Source: Acholeplasmatales bacterium (lineage in GTDB: Bacteria; Bacillota_I; Bacilli_A; Izemoplasmatales; Hujiaoplasmataceae). From it: a stretch of DNA of 64,000 nt. A program made the translations under genes and the position numbers. Within the stretch, counting starts at the first letter, position 1. Each line of letters starts with the position of its first letter. Shown piece after piece: positions 19,550 to 29,425 of the stretch. The DNA is taken from assembly GCA_003477305.1 (NCBI GenBank), contig DMTN01000039.1, positions 19,160 to 83,159 on the forward strand. Direction: 5' to 3'. Below the pieces are notes generated by a model. That model ran no database searches and was not told the DNA's origin. It worked only from the letters and a program-made list of their open reading frames with translations.

Positions 19550-20398
19550 TCATTCTCCCGTCATGGCGATGCCGAACCCCTGGTCGCCGAGATGGATGTA
19601 GAACACCGGCGAGAGCGTCTGAGTCAGGTGGATCCGGATGTCGGGGTTCTCGCGTCCGATCGCTTCGACGAGCCGATCGCCCCAGTCGTCGCGGTTGATC
19701 GCGATCACGTCGACGGACACGTTGCGATGAAGCACGCGATAGGCGCGGACGTTTTGCAGGAAGTATTCATAGCAGGCGATGTTGGTCCGCTCCTTCTTCG
19801 TGAGTTGGAGTTTCCCGTCGATCATCTCGATGATCGGCTTGATATGCAAAACCGTGCCGATGAGCGCGCTCATCTTGTTCAGGCGGCCGCCGCGGAAGAG
19901 GTTCATCAGATTCGAGAGCGTGAACATCACCTTGGCGTCGGCGAAGAGCGACTTGCACCGTCCGACGACCCGGTCGAACGGATGGCCGGCCTCGATGTCG
20001 GCGATCAACGCCATCACGCCGTTGGTGACGCCATAGGAGGCCACCGCGGTCGGATAGATTTCGACTTCGAGCGGGATGTCGAGCATCCCCTTCGCGATCA
20101 CGGCCGACTGGGCCGTGCCGGAAATCTTGTCGGAAATCAGGACGACGAGCACGTGCGTGTATCCTTCGCTCGCGAATTCTTCATAAAGGCGCAAAAATTC
20201 GCCCGGCGCGGGCTGCGAGGTCGTCATCTTCTTCGCGGTGTGAAGATGCTCCATCATCTTTGCTTCGGTAATGTCCGTCTCACGATACTCGTTGCCGTCG
20301 ATCAAGACGTTGAGCGGCGCGACCTTGACGCACGCATGCGTCAGGATGTCGCCTCTGGTGAGGGTGGTGCTGTCGATGAGCAAACCGATTTTCGGCAT
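19550..20398 (-). CDS. DegV-family fatty-acid-binding protein
   Basis: 282 aa. N-terminal MPKIGLLIDSTTLTRGD is typical of DegV. RBS AAGAGGTAAAA upstream. Confidence 0.85.
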   Translation of the reverse strand: MPKIGLLIDSTTLTRGDILTHACVKVAPLNVLIDGNEYRETDITEAKMMEHLHTAKKMTTSQPAPGEFLRLYEEFASEGYTHVLVVLISDKISGTAQSAVIAKGMLDIPLEVEIYPTAVASYGVTNGVMALIADIEAGHPFDRVVGRCKSLFADAKVMFTLSNLMNLFRGGRLNKMSALIGTVLHIKPIIEMIDGKLQLTKKERTNIACYEYFLQNVRAYRVLHRNVSVDVIAINRDDWGDRLVEAIGRENPDIRIHLTQTLSPVFYIHLGDQGFGIAMTGE

Positions 20399-20522
20399 GT
20401 TTTTACCTCTTTCTTGAGACGTCGGAAGCGAAATCGATGATTTCGTCCGGTACTATGTCACACATACTACTCTAACAAATGGAAGGGCGTGATGTCAAGC
20501 CGTACGGTGTGAAGTTTTTGTA

Positions 20523-20552
20523 TAAAGAAAAACAGCCGCGCATCGGCGGCTG
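20523..20552 (-). terminator. rho-independent terminator after the EF-G paralogue
   Basis: CAGCCGC / GCGGCTG stem followed on the minus strand by TTTTTCTTT. Confidence 0.65.
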
Positions 20553-20556
20553 TCGG

Positions 20557-22629
20557 TCAGGCTTGGGCTTTCTTGTGTTCTTCGATGATTTTCGCGACCA
20601 GGTTGCCCGGGACTTCCTCGTAGCGGAGGAACTCGCGGGTGAAGGTGCCGGAGCCCTGGGTCATGGCCTTGAGGTCGATCGTGTACTTGACGATTTCGAC
20701 TTCGGGGACTTCGGCGACGACTTTCTGGTAGCCTTGATCCGCCGGTTCCATGCCGAGGACGCGGCCGCGGCGCTTGTTCACGTCGCCGAGCACGTCGCCG
20801 AGGTATTCGTCCTTGATCGTGACGACGATCCGATGGATCGGTTCGAGGATCGTCGGCTTGGCTTTCGCGCAGGCTTCCTTGAAGGCGAGCGAGGCGGCCA
20901 TCTTGAAGGCGAGTTCGTTGGAATCGACCGGATGGTATTTGCCATCGGTGAGGATGCCTTTGATGTTGATGACGGGGAAGCCGGCGAGCGGTCCGTGTTC
21001 GAGGGTTTCCTGGAGACCCTTGTCGACGGCCGGGAAGTAGTTGCGCGGGACGACGCCGCCGAACACTTCTTCGGCGAATTCGTACTCTTTGTCGGCGAAC
21101 GGTTCGAAGCGCATGACGACGACGCCGTAGTAGCCGGATCCGCCGGACTGCTTGACGTAGCGGCCTTCGGCGGTCGCGGTCTGCTTGATCGTTTCGCGGT
21201 AGACGACCTGCTGGTCTTCGGTTTCGACGTCGACCTTGTAGGCGTTTCTCATCTTGTCGACGATGTATCCGATGTGGATCGAGCCCTGTCCGCCGATGAG
21301 CAGCTGGGCGGTTTCCTTGTTGCGCTTGATTTCAAAGGTGCCGTCTTCGAGCACGATCTTGGCGAGGGCGTTGCCGAGCTTGTCTTCGTCGGCTTTGTTC
21401 TTCGGTTTGATCGAGACGTACATCGTCGGGCTCGGGGTGACGGTCGCATCATAGACGACCGGGGCCTTCTTGTCGGAGAGCGTCGTATCGGTCGTGACCT
21501 TGGCCATCTTCGTGACGGCGCAGATGTCGCCCGCATGACACAGATCGAGGGGCGTCTGGGTCTTGCCGACGACGGTGAAGAGCGGACCGACCTTCTCGAC
21601 TTCGCCGGAATGCGAGACGTAGACTTCCTGGTCCTTCTTGATCGTGCCGGACTTGACCTGCATCAGGTTGATGATGCCGACGAACGGGTCGACGAGGGTC
21701 TTGAAGACGTAGGCGGAGAACGGTTCGTCGTCGGCGCACTTGCGTGTGACGACATCTTCGGTTCCGGGCTTCTTGCCTTCGGAGGGGGCCGCTTCGGACA
21801 TCGACGGGAAATACTCGCGGATCATGTGCAAAAGCGTGAGCGGACCGATGTTCTTGGTCGCGGAGCCGACCATGACGGGAATGGCTTCGCCCGAGGAAAC
21901 GGACAGCCGGAGGCCGTGCTTGATTTCGTCGATCGAAAGTTCTTCGCCGTTGAAATACTTCTCCAGCAGCGCTTCGTCGGCGCCGGCGACGTTTTCGACG
22001 AGTTCCTGGCGGAGCGCCTGGACCTTATCGAGCTTGTCGGGATAGATGTCGCCGTCGACGCAGGCGATGCCGTCATAGATGCGGGCCTTGAGCTCGACGA
22101 TGTCGGCGAAACCGTTGAAATCGTTCTGTTTCCCGATCGGGAGGCAGAACGGGATGGCCTGCTTGCCGAGCCGGTTCTTGATCAGGTTCAGGACTTCGTC
22201 GAACTTGATGTTCTCCTTGTCCATCTTGTTGACATAGATGATCGCCGGCAGATTGTGCTTGCGGATTTCCATCCACATCTTCTCCGCGCCGACTTCGACG
22301 CCCTTGGTCGCGTCGAGGACGAGGACCGCGCCGTTCGCCACGCGTAGGGCATGGCCGATGTCGCCGATGAATTCGTCGGCGCCGGGGCAATCGAGAAAAT
22401 TGATTTTGGTATTCTTGAACTCGACCGGGATGATCGCGGTCGAGAGCGAAGAGAGGCGAGTCTGTTCTTCCGGAGTATAGTCGGAGACGGTGTTCTTCTT
22501 CTCGACTTCACCCTTCTTTTCAATGCCACCGGCGGTATAGATGAGGGACTCCGTCAAAGAGGTTTTTCCGGATCCGAGGTGGCCGAGAATGATCACGTTC
22601 TTGATATTCGAGGCGAGGTATTCTTTCAT
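20557..22629 (-). CDS. EF-G-family translational GTPase paralogue (non-canonical)
   Basis: 690 aa with EF-G domain order. G1 GHLGSGKTS and G4 NKMD are present, but G3 reads DCPGADEF instead of DTPGHVDF. It is not in an rpsL-rpsG-fusA-tuf context. Confidence 0.85.
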   Translation of the reverse strand: MKEYLASNIKNVIILGHLGSGKTSLTESLIYTAGGIEKKGEVEKKNTVSDYTPEEQTRLSSLSTAIIPVEFKNTKINFLDCPGADEFIGDIGHALRVANGAVLVLDATKGVEVGAEKMWMEIRKHNLPAIIYVNKMDKENIKFDEVLNLIKNRLGKQAIPFCLPIGKQNDFNGFADIVELKARIYDGIACVDGDIYPDKLDKVQALRQELVENVAGADEALLEKYFNGEELSIDEIKHGLRLSVSSGEAIPVMVGSATKNIGPLTLLHMIREYFPSMSEAAPSEGKKPGTEDVVTRKCADDEPFSAYVFKTLVDPFVGIINLMQVKSGTIKKDQEVYVSHSGEVEKVGPLFTVVGKTQTPLDLCHAGDICAVTKMAKVTTDTTLSDKKAPVVYDATVTPSPTMYVSIKPKNKADEDKLGNALAKIVLEDGTFEIKRNKETAQLLIGGQGSIHIGYIVDKMRNAYKVDVETEDQQVVYRETIKQTATAEGRYVKQSGGSGYYGVVVMRFEPFADKEYEFAEEVFGGVVPRNYFPAVDKGLQETLEHGPLAGFPVINIKGILTDGKYHPVDSNELAFKMAASLAFKEACAKAKPTILEPIHRIVVTIKDEYLGDVLGDVNKRRGRVLGMEPADQGYQKVVAEVPEVEIVKYTIDLKAMTQGSGTFTREFLRYEEVPGNLVAKIIEEHKKAQA

Positions 22630-22673
22630 GCGCTGTTCAGGCTCCTTCCGTTAAAACGCTTTCAGTCTAGACT

Positions 22674-22682
22674 ATTATATCA
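22674..22682 (-). promoter_or_regulatory. extended -10 promoter element of the EF-G paralogue gene
   Basis: Minus strand reads TGATATAAT (TGn-TATAAT). The -35 is poor. Confidence 0.4.
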
Positions 22683-22726
22683 TATCTCCCCTGAAAAGAA
22701 AGAATCCATTTTGAAGTATTTAGAAG

Positions 22727-22767
22727 AAGAAAAAACCGTGGTTCATCCTTGCGGATCGGCCACGGTT
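22727..22767 (-). terminator. rho-independent terminator overlapping the 3' end of the ABC exporter gene
   Basis: AACCGTGG (22734-22741) pairs with CCACGGTT (22760-22767). The stop codon sits in the loop. T8-rich run on the minus strand. Confidence 0.6.
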
Positions 22768-24758
22768 TTGATTTGCGAGCGGTAGATGTTGGCATAGACG
22801 CCGTTCTTCGCGAGGAGGTCCTTATGACGGCCTTCCTCGACTTTGACGCCGTTTTCGAGGACGACGATCCGGTCGGCGTTCTTGATCGTCGAAAGGCGGT
22901 GGGCGATGACGATCATCGTCCTTCCCTTGGCGACCGTTTCGAGCGCGTGCTGGATCATTTCCTCGGTTTCGGTGTCGATGTTCGCGGTCGCCTCGTCCAT
23001 TACGAGGATTGCCGGGTCGTGCACGACGGCGCGGGCGAACGAGATAATCTGTTTTTCGCCGACGGAGAAGTTCCCGCCGCCGCGGGCGACCAGCGTGCGG
23101 ATGCCGTCGGGCAGTTTCGCGATGACCTTTTTCCCGCCGATCCGGACGAGCACGTCTTCGACGTCCTGATCGGAGAGTCCCTCGACGCCGAACCGGATGT
23201 TGTCGGCGAGCGTCCCCTTGAACAGCACCGGGTCCTGGAGGACGATCCCGACGTGCATGCGGTAGGACCGTTTTGAATGCGTCGTGATGTCTTCGCCGTC
23301 GATCTTGATCATCCCCATGTCGCACGGTTTGAAATCATAGAAGCGGAGCAACAGGCTCATCAGCGAGGATTTGCCGGACCCCGTATGACCGACGAGACCG
23401 ACCATTTCGCCGGGTTTGACGTGCAGGTCGACCCCCTTCAGGACGGGATGGCCTTCCTGATAGGAGAACCAGACGTTTTCAAACGCGATGTCGCCCTTGA
23501 ACCGGGGGATGGCTGCGAAGGATCCGTCCTCCTGCTCGCCGTCGATGATGCGGAAAATGCGGTCGGTCTTGACGATCGCATGCTGGAGGTTGCCGAATTC
23601 GCGGAAGAGCGTGCCGACCGGTTCGATCAGACGCCCGAGATAGTCGTTGTAGGCGTAGACGATGCCGGCGGTGACGACGAAGCCGGCGACGGTCAGATAA
23701 CCGTTGCCGAAATAGAACACGATCGCCGCGGTGACGAGCGCGCCGACAAGACGGATCATGTTCCAGCCGATCGACAGGTGGAGGCGCTGTTCCTTCATCT
23801 TTTCGTTCATGAAGTCAAGCGACAGTTCGTCGAAGTCCTTCGTGGTCTGGGACTGGAAGTTGAAAATCTGAAGGATCGAGATGCCGTTGATGATCTCGTT
23901 CAGGCGGGCGGTGATCATCGAAGCCTGTTCGTTGACCTTGACCGCGATCGTATTGAGTCGTTTCACGAAGAAGCGGAGCCAGACATAGACGAGCGGGAAG
24001 ACGATGAAGGTGATGAGGGCGAGCGTCGTGTCGAGGTAGAACATGCCGATATAGGCGAAGACGACCGACATCGTCGCGTTCACGAGCAGGTTCATGATCG
24101 TCGAGAAGAGGTTCATCATGCCGCCGACGTCGGAGATGACGCGGTTGGCGATCTTGCCGGCGGGTTCGGTCTCGAAGTATTCCATCGGCATCCGCTGTAA
24201 ACACGCGATCGCGTCCTTGCGGGCGTCGCGCACCATATTCACGTTGATCATCATCGTCGTGATGCGCTGGATGTAGGTGAAGATGATTTGCAGGATGAAG
24301 CGGATCAGAAGCAGGATCAGGAAGATGACGAGCGGCCGGACGAACGGCCCGTAGAACGCGAGGACTTCGTCGTGGGTCAGCTTGACCGCCGAAAACGCAT
24401 AGAGTTCGTCCTGCGGCGTGATGACCGTCAGGGTATCGCCTTCGACGTTCTTGTTGCCGGTCGGGACGGCGTCTTCGACGAAATAGAAGCCGCCCTGGTA
24501 GAGGACGACCGAGACGCGGTCGCCGCCGACGTCTTTCTGCGTATAGTAGTTTCCGCCGTACAAAACGACGTTTTCGCCAGATGCGTCGGTATGGTACCAC
24601 GGGTCCTCGATGCCGACGAGATAGTCGTCGAGGATCGCCTTCACGAGCAGCGGGGCGGCGAGCCCGAGGGCTTGGACGACGAGCATCGCGAGGATCGTAA
24701 TGACGAGCAGTTTTTTATATTTGGCGATGTAGCGCCAGACTTTTTTCATCGCTTTCAT
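22743..24758 (-). CDS. ABC exporter, fused TMD-NBD half-transporter (partner 2)
   Basis: 671 aa. Walker A GHTGSGKSS, signature FSVGEKQ, Walker B ILVMDEATA. About 100 aa of extra extracellular loop after TM1. Confidence 0.9.
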   Translation of the reverse strand: MKAMKKVWRYIAKYKKLLVITILAMLVVQALGLAAPLLVKAILDDYLVGIEDPWYHTDASGENVVLYGGNYYTQKDVGGDRVSVVLYQGGFYFVEDAVPTGNKNVEGDTLTVITPQDELYAFSAVKLTHDEVLAFYGPFVRPLVIFLILLLIRFILQIIFTYIQRITTMMINVNMVRDARKDAIACLQRMPMEYFETEPAGKIANRVISDVGGMMNLFSTIMNLLVNATMSVVFAYIGMFYLDTTLALITFIVFPLVYVWLRFFVKRLNTIAVKVNEQASMITARLNEIINGISILQIFNFQSQTTKDFDELSLDFMNEKMKEQRLHLSIGWNMIRLVGALVTAAIVFYFGNGYLTVAGFVVTAGIVYAYNDYLGRLIEPVGTLFREFGNLQHAIVKTDRIFRIIDGEQEDGSFAAIPRFKGDIAFENVWFSYQEGHPVLKGVDLHVKPGEMVGLVGHTGSGKSSLMSLLLRFYDFKPCDMGMIKIDGEDITTHSKRSYRMHVGIVLQDPVLFKGTLADNIRFGVEGLSDQDVEDVLVRIGGKKVIAKLPDGIRTLVARGGGNFSVGEKQIISFARAVVHDPAILVMDEATANIDTETEEMIQHALETVAKGRTMIVIAHRLSTIKNADRIVVLENGVKVEEGRHKDLLAKNGVYANIYRSQIKTVADPQG

Positions 24759-24762
24759 CGCA

Positions 24763-26496
24763 TCACCTCATCGTGATCTGCTGGATGAACTGGTCTTTGT
24801 ACCAGCCGCCCTGCCGAAGCAGATCCTCATGTTTCCCACGCTGGGTGATCTTCCCCGCCTCGAGGACGAGGATCAGGTCCGCGTCACGGATCGCGGAGAA
24901 GCGGTGCGAGATGATGATGTTCGTCTTCCCGCCGCGGGTTTCGCGCAAGCGGGCGATGATGTTTTCCTCAGTCGTCGCGTCGACCGCCGAAAGCGAGTCG
25001 TCGAGAATCAGGATCTCCGGGTCCTTGATGAGCGCGCGGGCGATCGAAAGACGCTGCTTCTGTCCGCCGGACAAGGTCGAACCGGCTTCGCCGACCTGGG
25101 TATGCAAGCCTTCGGTGAGATAGATGACGTCCTTCTCGAAATCGGCGTTCTTGACCGCCTTGTCGAGGTCGGCGAGGCCAGCGCGGGGATTGCCGATCAT
25201 GATGTTTTCGTCGACGCCCTTCTTGAAGAGCATGTGCGCCTGCGGCACATAGCCGACAAGGGCGCGGACGTCGTGGATCTTGTACTTGCCGATCGACACG
25301 CCGTCGATCGCGATCTCGCCGTCGGTCACGTTGAATTCGCGGAGCAACTGCCGGATCAAGGTTGACTTGCCGGCGCCGGTCGGACCGACGATGCCGATCG
25401 TCTGGCCCTTCTCGATCGAAAAGTCGATGTTCTTGATGACGGGCGCCTTGTCAAACGGATATTTAAAGGTGACGTTCTTGAAGTCGATCCGGTTGAACGC
25501 GAGGATCGGCTGGGAAGCCGCTTCGTCCTTGACTTCCGGGGCGGTGGACATGATCTCTTCGAACCGGTCGATTGAAACCTGGGCGTTGTTGAGCTGCGTG
25601 AAGAAGCCGGCGATCGAGACGATCGGTCCGTAGAGGGTGCCGACGTAGGCGAGGAAGGTGACGAGCTCGCCGACGGTGATTTCCTGCTGGATGACAAGGA
25701 AGGCACCATAGGCGAACGCCAGAAAATAGGTGACGCCGTAGACGATTTCAAAAAGCGGGTTGAACCAGTTTTCATAACGGACGATGTACCGCCAGGACTC
25801 GATGTCCTTGTCGATCGCCTCGTATTGGCGCTTCAAGTCGTTTTCTTCCTGGACGTAGGCGCGGATGACCTTCATGCCTTCGACCGACTCGAGGACCTTG
25901 TCGGTGAATTCGGCGTAGATCTCGCGGTGTTTTTTCACATACTTGCGCTTGCGGTTGCGGATCACGTTGAGTCCGGTGAGCGCGATCGGCATGATCGTGA
26001 CGGCGATCGCGGTGAGTTTCCAACTGATCGTGAAGCCCATCAAGAGGATCGCGAGGACGATCACGGAGGTATTGAAAATCAGCCCTTCGAGCATCGATGT
26101 GGCGGCCGTCGTGATCGCGTCGAGATCGTTCGTGACGCGTGAGATCAAATCGCCTTTCGGATAGGCTTCGTAGAAATTCGAGTCCATTTCAAAAAGGTGG
26201 TCGAGGTATCGGCGGCGCAACTTGAAAGCGAGTTTCTGGGCTTCCTTGGTGATGATGTAGTTATAGGCGAACGAGAGAAAATAGCGGCCGAGCGGCAGGG
26301 CGATGAGGACACCGACGAGCCAAAGCATCGACGTGCGGTTGAGGCCGCCGAGGACGATCGTGTCGATCGCCAGTCCGAGCGCCTTCGCCGGAAGCAGCGA
26401 AATGAAGGAGATCGACAACAAAAGGAAGAGCATGAGGACATAGATCTTCCACTCTTCCTTGATGAACCATGCAAGTTTTTTAAAGATGGTTTTCAT
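24763..26496 (-). CDS. ABC exporter, fused TMD-NBD half-transporter (partner 1)
   Basis: 577 aa. Walker A GPTGAGKST, signature LSGGQKQRLSIARA, Walker B ILILDDSLSAVD. Confidence 0.9.
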   Translation of the reverse strand: MKTIFKKLAWFIKEEWKIYVLMLFLLLSISFISLLPAKALGLAIDTIVLGGLNRTSMLWLVGVLIALPLGRYFLSFAYNYIITKEAQKLAFKLRRRYLDHLFEMDSNFYEAYPKGDLISRVTNDLDAITTAATSMLEGLIFNTSVIVLAILLMGFTISWKLTAIAVTIMPIALTGLNVIRNRKRKYVKKHREIYAEFTDKVLESVEGMKVIRAYVQEENDLKRQYEAIDKDIESWRYIVRYENWFNPLFEIVYGVTYFLAFAYGAFLVIQQEITVGELVTFLAYVGTLYGPIVSIAGFFTQLNNAQVSIDRFEEIMSTAPEVKDEAASQPILAFNRIDFKNVTFKYPFDKAPVIKNIDFSIEKGQTIGIVGPTGAGKSTLIRQLLREFNVTDGEIAIDGVSIGKYKIHDVRALVGYVPQAHMLFKKGVDENIMIGNPRAGLADLDKAVKNADFEKDVIYLTEGLHTQVGEAGSTLSGGQKQRLSIARALIKDPEILILDDSLSAVDATTEENIIARLRETRGGKTNIIISHRFSAIRDADLILVLEAGKITQRGKHEDLLRQGGWYKDQFIQQITMR

Positions 26497-26509
26497 CGTT
26501 TATCCCGTT

Positions 26510-28831
26510 TCACTTGACGAAGCGGCCGTACGTCGACTTGCGGCGGTCGACGACATACGCCTGTTTCAGGATCGCTTTCTGGAAAGCGGCGATCACGCTT
26601 CTGGTCTCGTCGGCGTCCTCGATCGTGAAGTCGAGCCGGGCGACGGAAATGCCGGAGGTTTTGAAGAATTCGATGAAATCGATAAGATTGAGGGCGCGCG
26701 AATTGAGCACGCGGATGTTGCAGTTGCCATCGTTCACAAGCGGGAATTCGTATCCCATGCGGTCTTTCAGTTTGTATTGATTGCGCGCGCAAAGCGTGCA
26801 GCCGACGTTCGTCTGAAACGTCTTGGCGATCGGACAGTACTTCGAAATCATCAGATCCTGATATCCGTACGCGACGATCTCGAGCGCCGGTTTTTCGCCG
26901 TAGCGGGCGAGATAACCGTCACCCAGGGCTTTGATCCGATCTTGCGACAATTCCGCCGACAGGGTGACGGAGCCGGCGCCGTGGCGGCCGAGGAAATGGA
27001 CGGTGCGGAGGTTCGCGACATTCATGAACAAATCGGCGAGGAAGGGATGATCGAGGGCCGAGAGTTCGCTCGCATAGGCTTCCCGCGCCGGATCGATTGG
27101 GACGCCGGCGGGCCGGATGCGGAGGCGTTCGGGGATCAGGCGTACGCCGGGATAGGCCGACGGATCGAAGCGGAGGATTTCCTCGTAGGCGATCGTCTTG
27201 ACGCCCATCGCCCAGGCGGTCTGCAGTTGTTCCTCGGTCCGGACCTTGGCGACGAGCGCAAACGGCTTCGGTCTGAACCCGGCCGGGATGTCGTCGATCG
27301 CGACGATCTTCGGTTCACGGCGCGGCGCGACGCGCTGCTCGGTGAGCTTTTCGATCGCCATTCGGCGGGTTTCGTTGATCGCCTTGACCGGAATGAACCC
27401 CTTCCCGTCCGCATCGATGCGCAGCTCGGTCCAGAAGAACGGCGTGTTCCCGAGTTTCGCGATCTGGTCTTCGATTTCCTTCGTCCCGACCGGGCGATTC
27501 GTCGCCGGCGGGATCGGAAAGGCCGTTTCGGCTTCCGCAAGGCGTCCCGCTTCATCGCGGACGACGAGCCGAAGGGGGGATCCGACCTTCGCGATCACGG
27601 TGCCCGCGATGCCGATTCTTTTAAAGGATTCGTCGTCATAGACGGAAAGTTCGGTTGCCAGCGCGTGGTCGAGCGTCTTCATCACCTTCGCGCCGACCTC
27701 GATGATCTCGGCGCTGTCGAGCTGGATCGTTTCACCGGCGAAGGCGCGCGTCACGAGCTTGTCGCCGGAAAGGATGCGGGAAACGACATCGCCGGAATCG
27801 GTCGATCCGACGAAGCGGATGCCGTCGTTCACTTCGAGCATCTCGATGAGTTTGACCGTCGCCTTGCCGCGGAGAAACGCGGTGACGGTGCCGACCTCGA
27901 TTCCCATGTGGTTCGGGCGATGGGGATTGTTGATGTCGTTCGGAGCGGTGTTGAAAAGATACCCCTGGGTATAGTCGCGGTTGAAAACGCGCTTCAAGAG
28001 ATCGATTTCCTTTCGGAAGTCAATCTCCGTCAGCCCGGCGAGCGCATCGAGCGCCTTGCGGTAGCTTTTCACCGTCTGGGCGACGTATTCGGGCTTGCGC
28101 ATGCGGCCTTCGATCTTGAAGGCGGCGACTCCGGCTTCGGCGAGTTCGCCGAGCCGTTCGAGCGTCATGAGGTCTTTCGGACTCATCAGGTAGGCTTCGT
28201 CGGTCACGGGTACGTCATCTTTGAGGAGGGTATAGGGCAGGCGGCACAATTGCGCGCATTCGCCGCGGTTCCCGGATCGCCCGCTGACGAGCGCGCTCCA
28301 CAGGCAGTTGCCGGAATAGGAAACGCAAACCGCGCCGTGCACGAAGACCTCGAGTTCGATGTCGGTCGTCTGGCGGATTTCCTTGATCGTATCGATCGAC
28401 GTTTCGCGGGCGAGGATGATCCGCTTGACGCCGAGTTCCGCAAGTTTCTTGGCCTGCGCGGGCAGATGCACGTTCATCTGGGTGGAGGCGTGGATCGGCG
28501 TGTTCGGATAGCGATGGAGAAAAACGTCGAGGACCCCGAGATCCTGGACGATGATGGCGTCGATGTCATGGGCGACGAGGAAGTCGGCGTACGAAAGCAG
28601 GTCGTCGAACTCGTCGTCATAGATGATGGTGTTGATCGTGACATAGACCGAAACGCCGCGGAGGTGGGCGAACCGGATCAATTCGTCGATGTCGTTGTCG
28701 CCGAAGTTTTCGGCGAAGGCGCGGGCGCCGAATTTCTTGCCTCCGAGATAGATCGCATTGGCACCGGCGTTGATCGCCGCAATCGCGGAAGCCTTGCTTC
28801 CGGCGGGAGCCAGAAGTTCCCCTATTCGCAT
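26510..28831 (-). CDS. U32-family protein, two U32 modules fused
   Basis: Start set at the ATG at 28831 (MRIGELLAPAGS), which has RBS GAGAGGAGG. The ~770-aa length is about twice a single U32 protein. Confidence 0.8.
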   Translation of the reverse strand: MRIGELLAPAGSKASAIAAINAGANAIYLGGKKFGARAFAENFGDNDIDELIRFAHLRGVSVYVTINTIIYDDEFDDLLSYADFLVAHDIDAIIVQDLGVLDVFLHRYPNTPIHASTQMNVHLPAQAKKLAELGVKRIILARETSIDTIKEIRQTTDIELEVFVHGAVCVSYSGNCLWSALVSGRSGNRGECAQLCRLPYTLLKDDVPVTDEAYLMSPKDLMTLERLGELAEAGVAAFKIEGRMRKPEYVAQTVKSYRKALDALAGLTEIDFRKEIDLLKRVFNRDYTQGYLFNTAPNDINNPHRPNHMGIEVGTVTAFLRGKATVKLIEMLEVNDGIRFVGSTDSGDVVSRILSGDKLVTRAFAGETIQLDSAEIIEVGAKVMKTLDHALATELSVYDDESFKRIGIAGTVIAKVGSPLRLVVRDEAGRLAEAETAFPIPPATNRPVGTKEIEDQIAKLGNTPFFWTELRIDADGKGFIPVKAINETRRMAIEKLTEQRVAPRREPKIVAIDDIPAGFRPKPFALVAKVRTEEQLQTAWAMGVKTIAYEEILRFDPSAYPGVRLIPERLRIRPAGVPIDPAREAYASELSALDHPFLADLFMNVANLRTVHFLGRHGAGSVTLSAELSQDRIKALGDGYLARYGEKPALEIVAYGYQDLMISKYCPIAKTFQTNVGCTLCARNQYKLKDRMGYEFPLVNDGNCNIRVLNSRALNLIDFIEFFKTSGISVARLDFTIEDADETRSVIAAFQKAILKQAYVVDRRKSTYGRFVK

Positions 28832-28859
28832 GTTAACGCCTCCTCTCGTACCATCGTCT

Positions 28860-28868
28860 ATTATATCA
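28860..28868 (-). promoter_or_regulatory. extended -10 promoter element before the U32 gene
   Basis: Minus strand reads TGATATAAT, about 30 nt upstream of the ATG at 28831. Confidence 0.45.
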
Positions 28869-28908
28869 TCAATCAATGCGCCGAGCACGCCGACGCGCAA
28901 GAAATCGC

Positions 28909-28935
28909 GAAAAAAAAGGCCGTCGCAACGGCCTT
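28909..28935 (-). terminator. rho-independent terminator after 28951-29259
   Basis: AAGGCCGT / ACGGCCTT 8-bp stem with a 4-nt loop, followed on the minus strand by T8. Confidence 0.7.
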
Positions 28936-28950
28936 GGTGGTGCGGTTGAT

Positions 28951-29259
28951 TCACTTGTTCGAAGTCTTGTAGATGTCGGGCAGATTCTGACGCTGATCCA
29001 TCAGAATGCCTTCGATGGCATCGAAGATTTCCCGCTTCTTCATCGGGAAGCAGTCGTCGCAGAAATTCGGTCGTTCGCAGTTGGCGCAGTAGATGCTCGT
29101 CATGTCCTTGTATTCGTTGACGATCGCCAACGTTGCGTCAATCGTGGCGATTTCGTCCTGACGGCGGAGGAAATAATAAGCCTCCAGCACTTCTTCGACG
29201 ACTTTGTCCTGCAGCTCGTTCACGCCGCGCAAAGCCTTGATCCGATGACTCGTTTTCAT
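28951..29259 (-). CDS. hypothetical small Cys-containing protein
   Basis: 102 aa with a CANC...CDDC motif (YCANCERPNFCDDCFP). RBS GGGGGAG upstream. Bounded by its own terminator. Confidence 0.5.
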   Translation of the reverse strand: MKTSHRIKALRGVNELQDKVVEEVLEAYYFLRRQDEIATIDATLAIVNEYKDMTSIYCANCERPNFCDDCFPMKKREIFDAIEGILMDQRQNLPDIYKTSNK

Positions 29260-29425
29260 GACTCCCCCTTCTCTCCCGTCTGATCTGCCGACCGTCTGAT
29301 GCGCCGAAACGCGCGGTCACGCTTGCGGAAGATGCAATTTCTACTTCCATTATACACGAATCCGGAAAAGTCAAAAGGAGACGATGGAAAATTATGTAAA
29401 AATTCACATGATGAATTCCAAGCGC

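Noticed and set aside
29277-29301. The direct repeat CCGTCTGAT occurring twice, 16 bp apart, in the leader of the 102-aa Cys-protein gene.
   Set aside because: It is only 9 bp long and has two copies, so it could arise by chance. I noted it but did not call it as a binding site.
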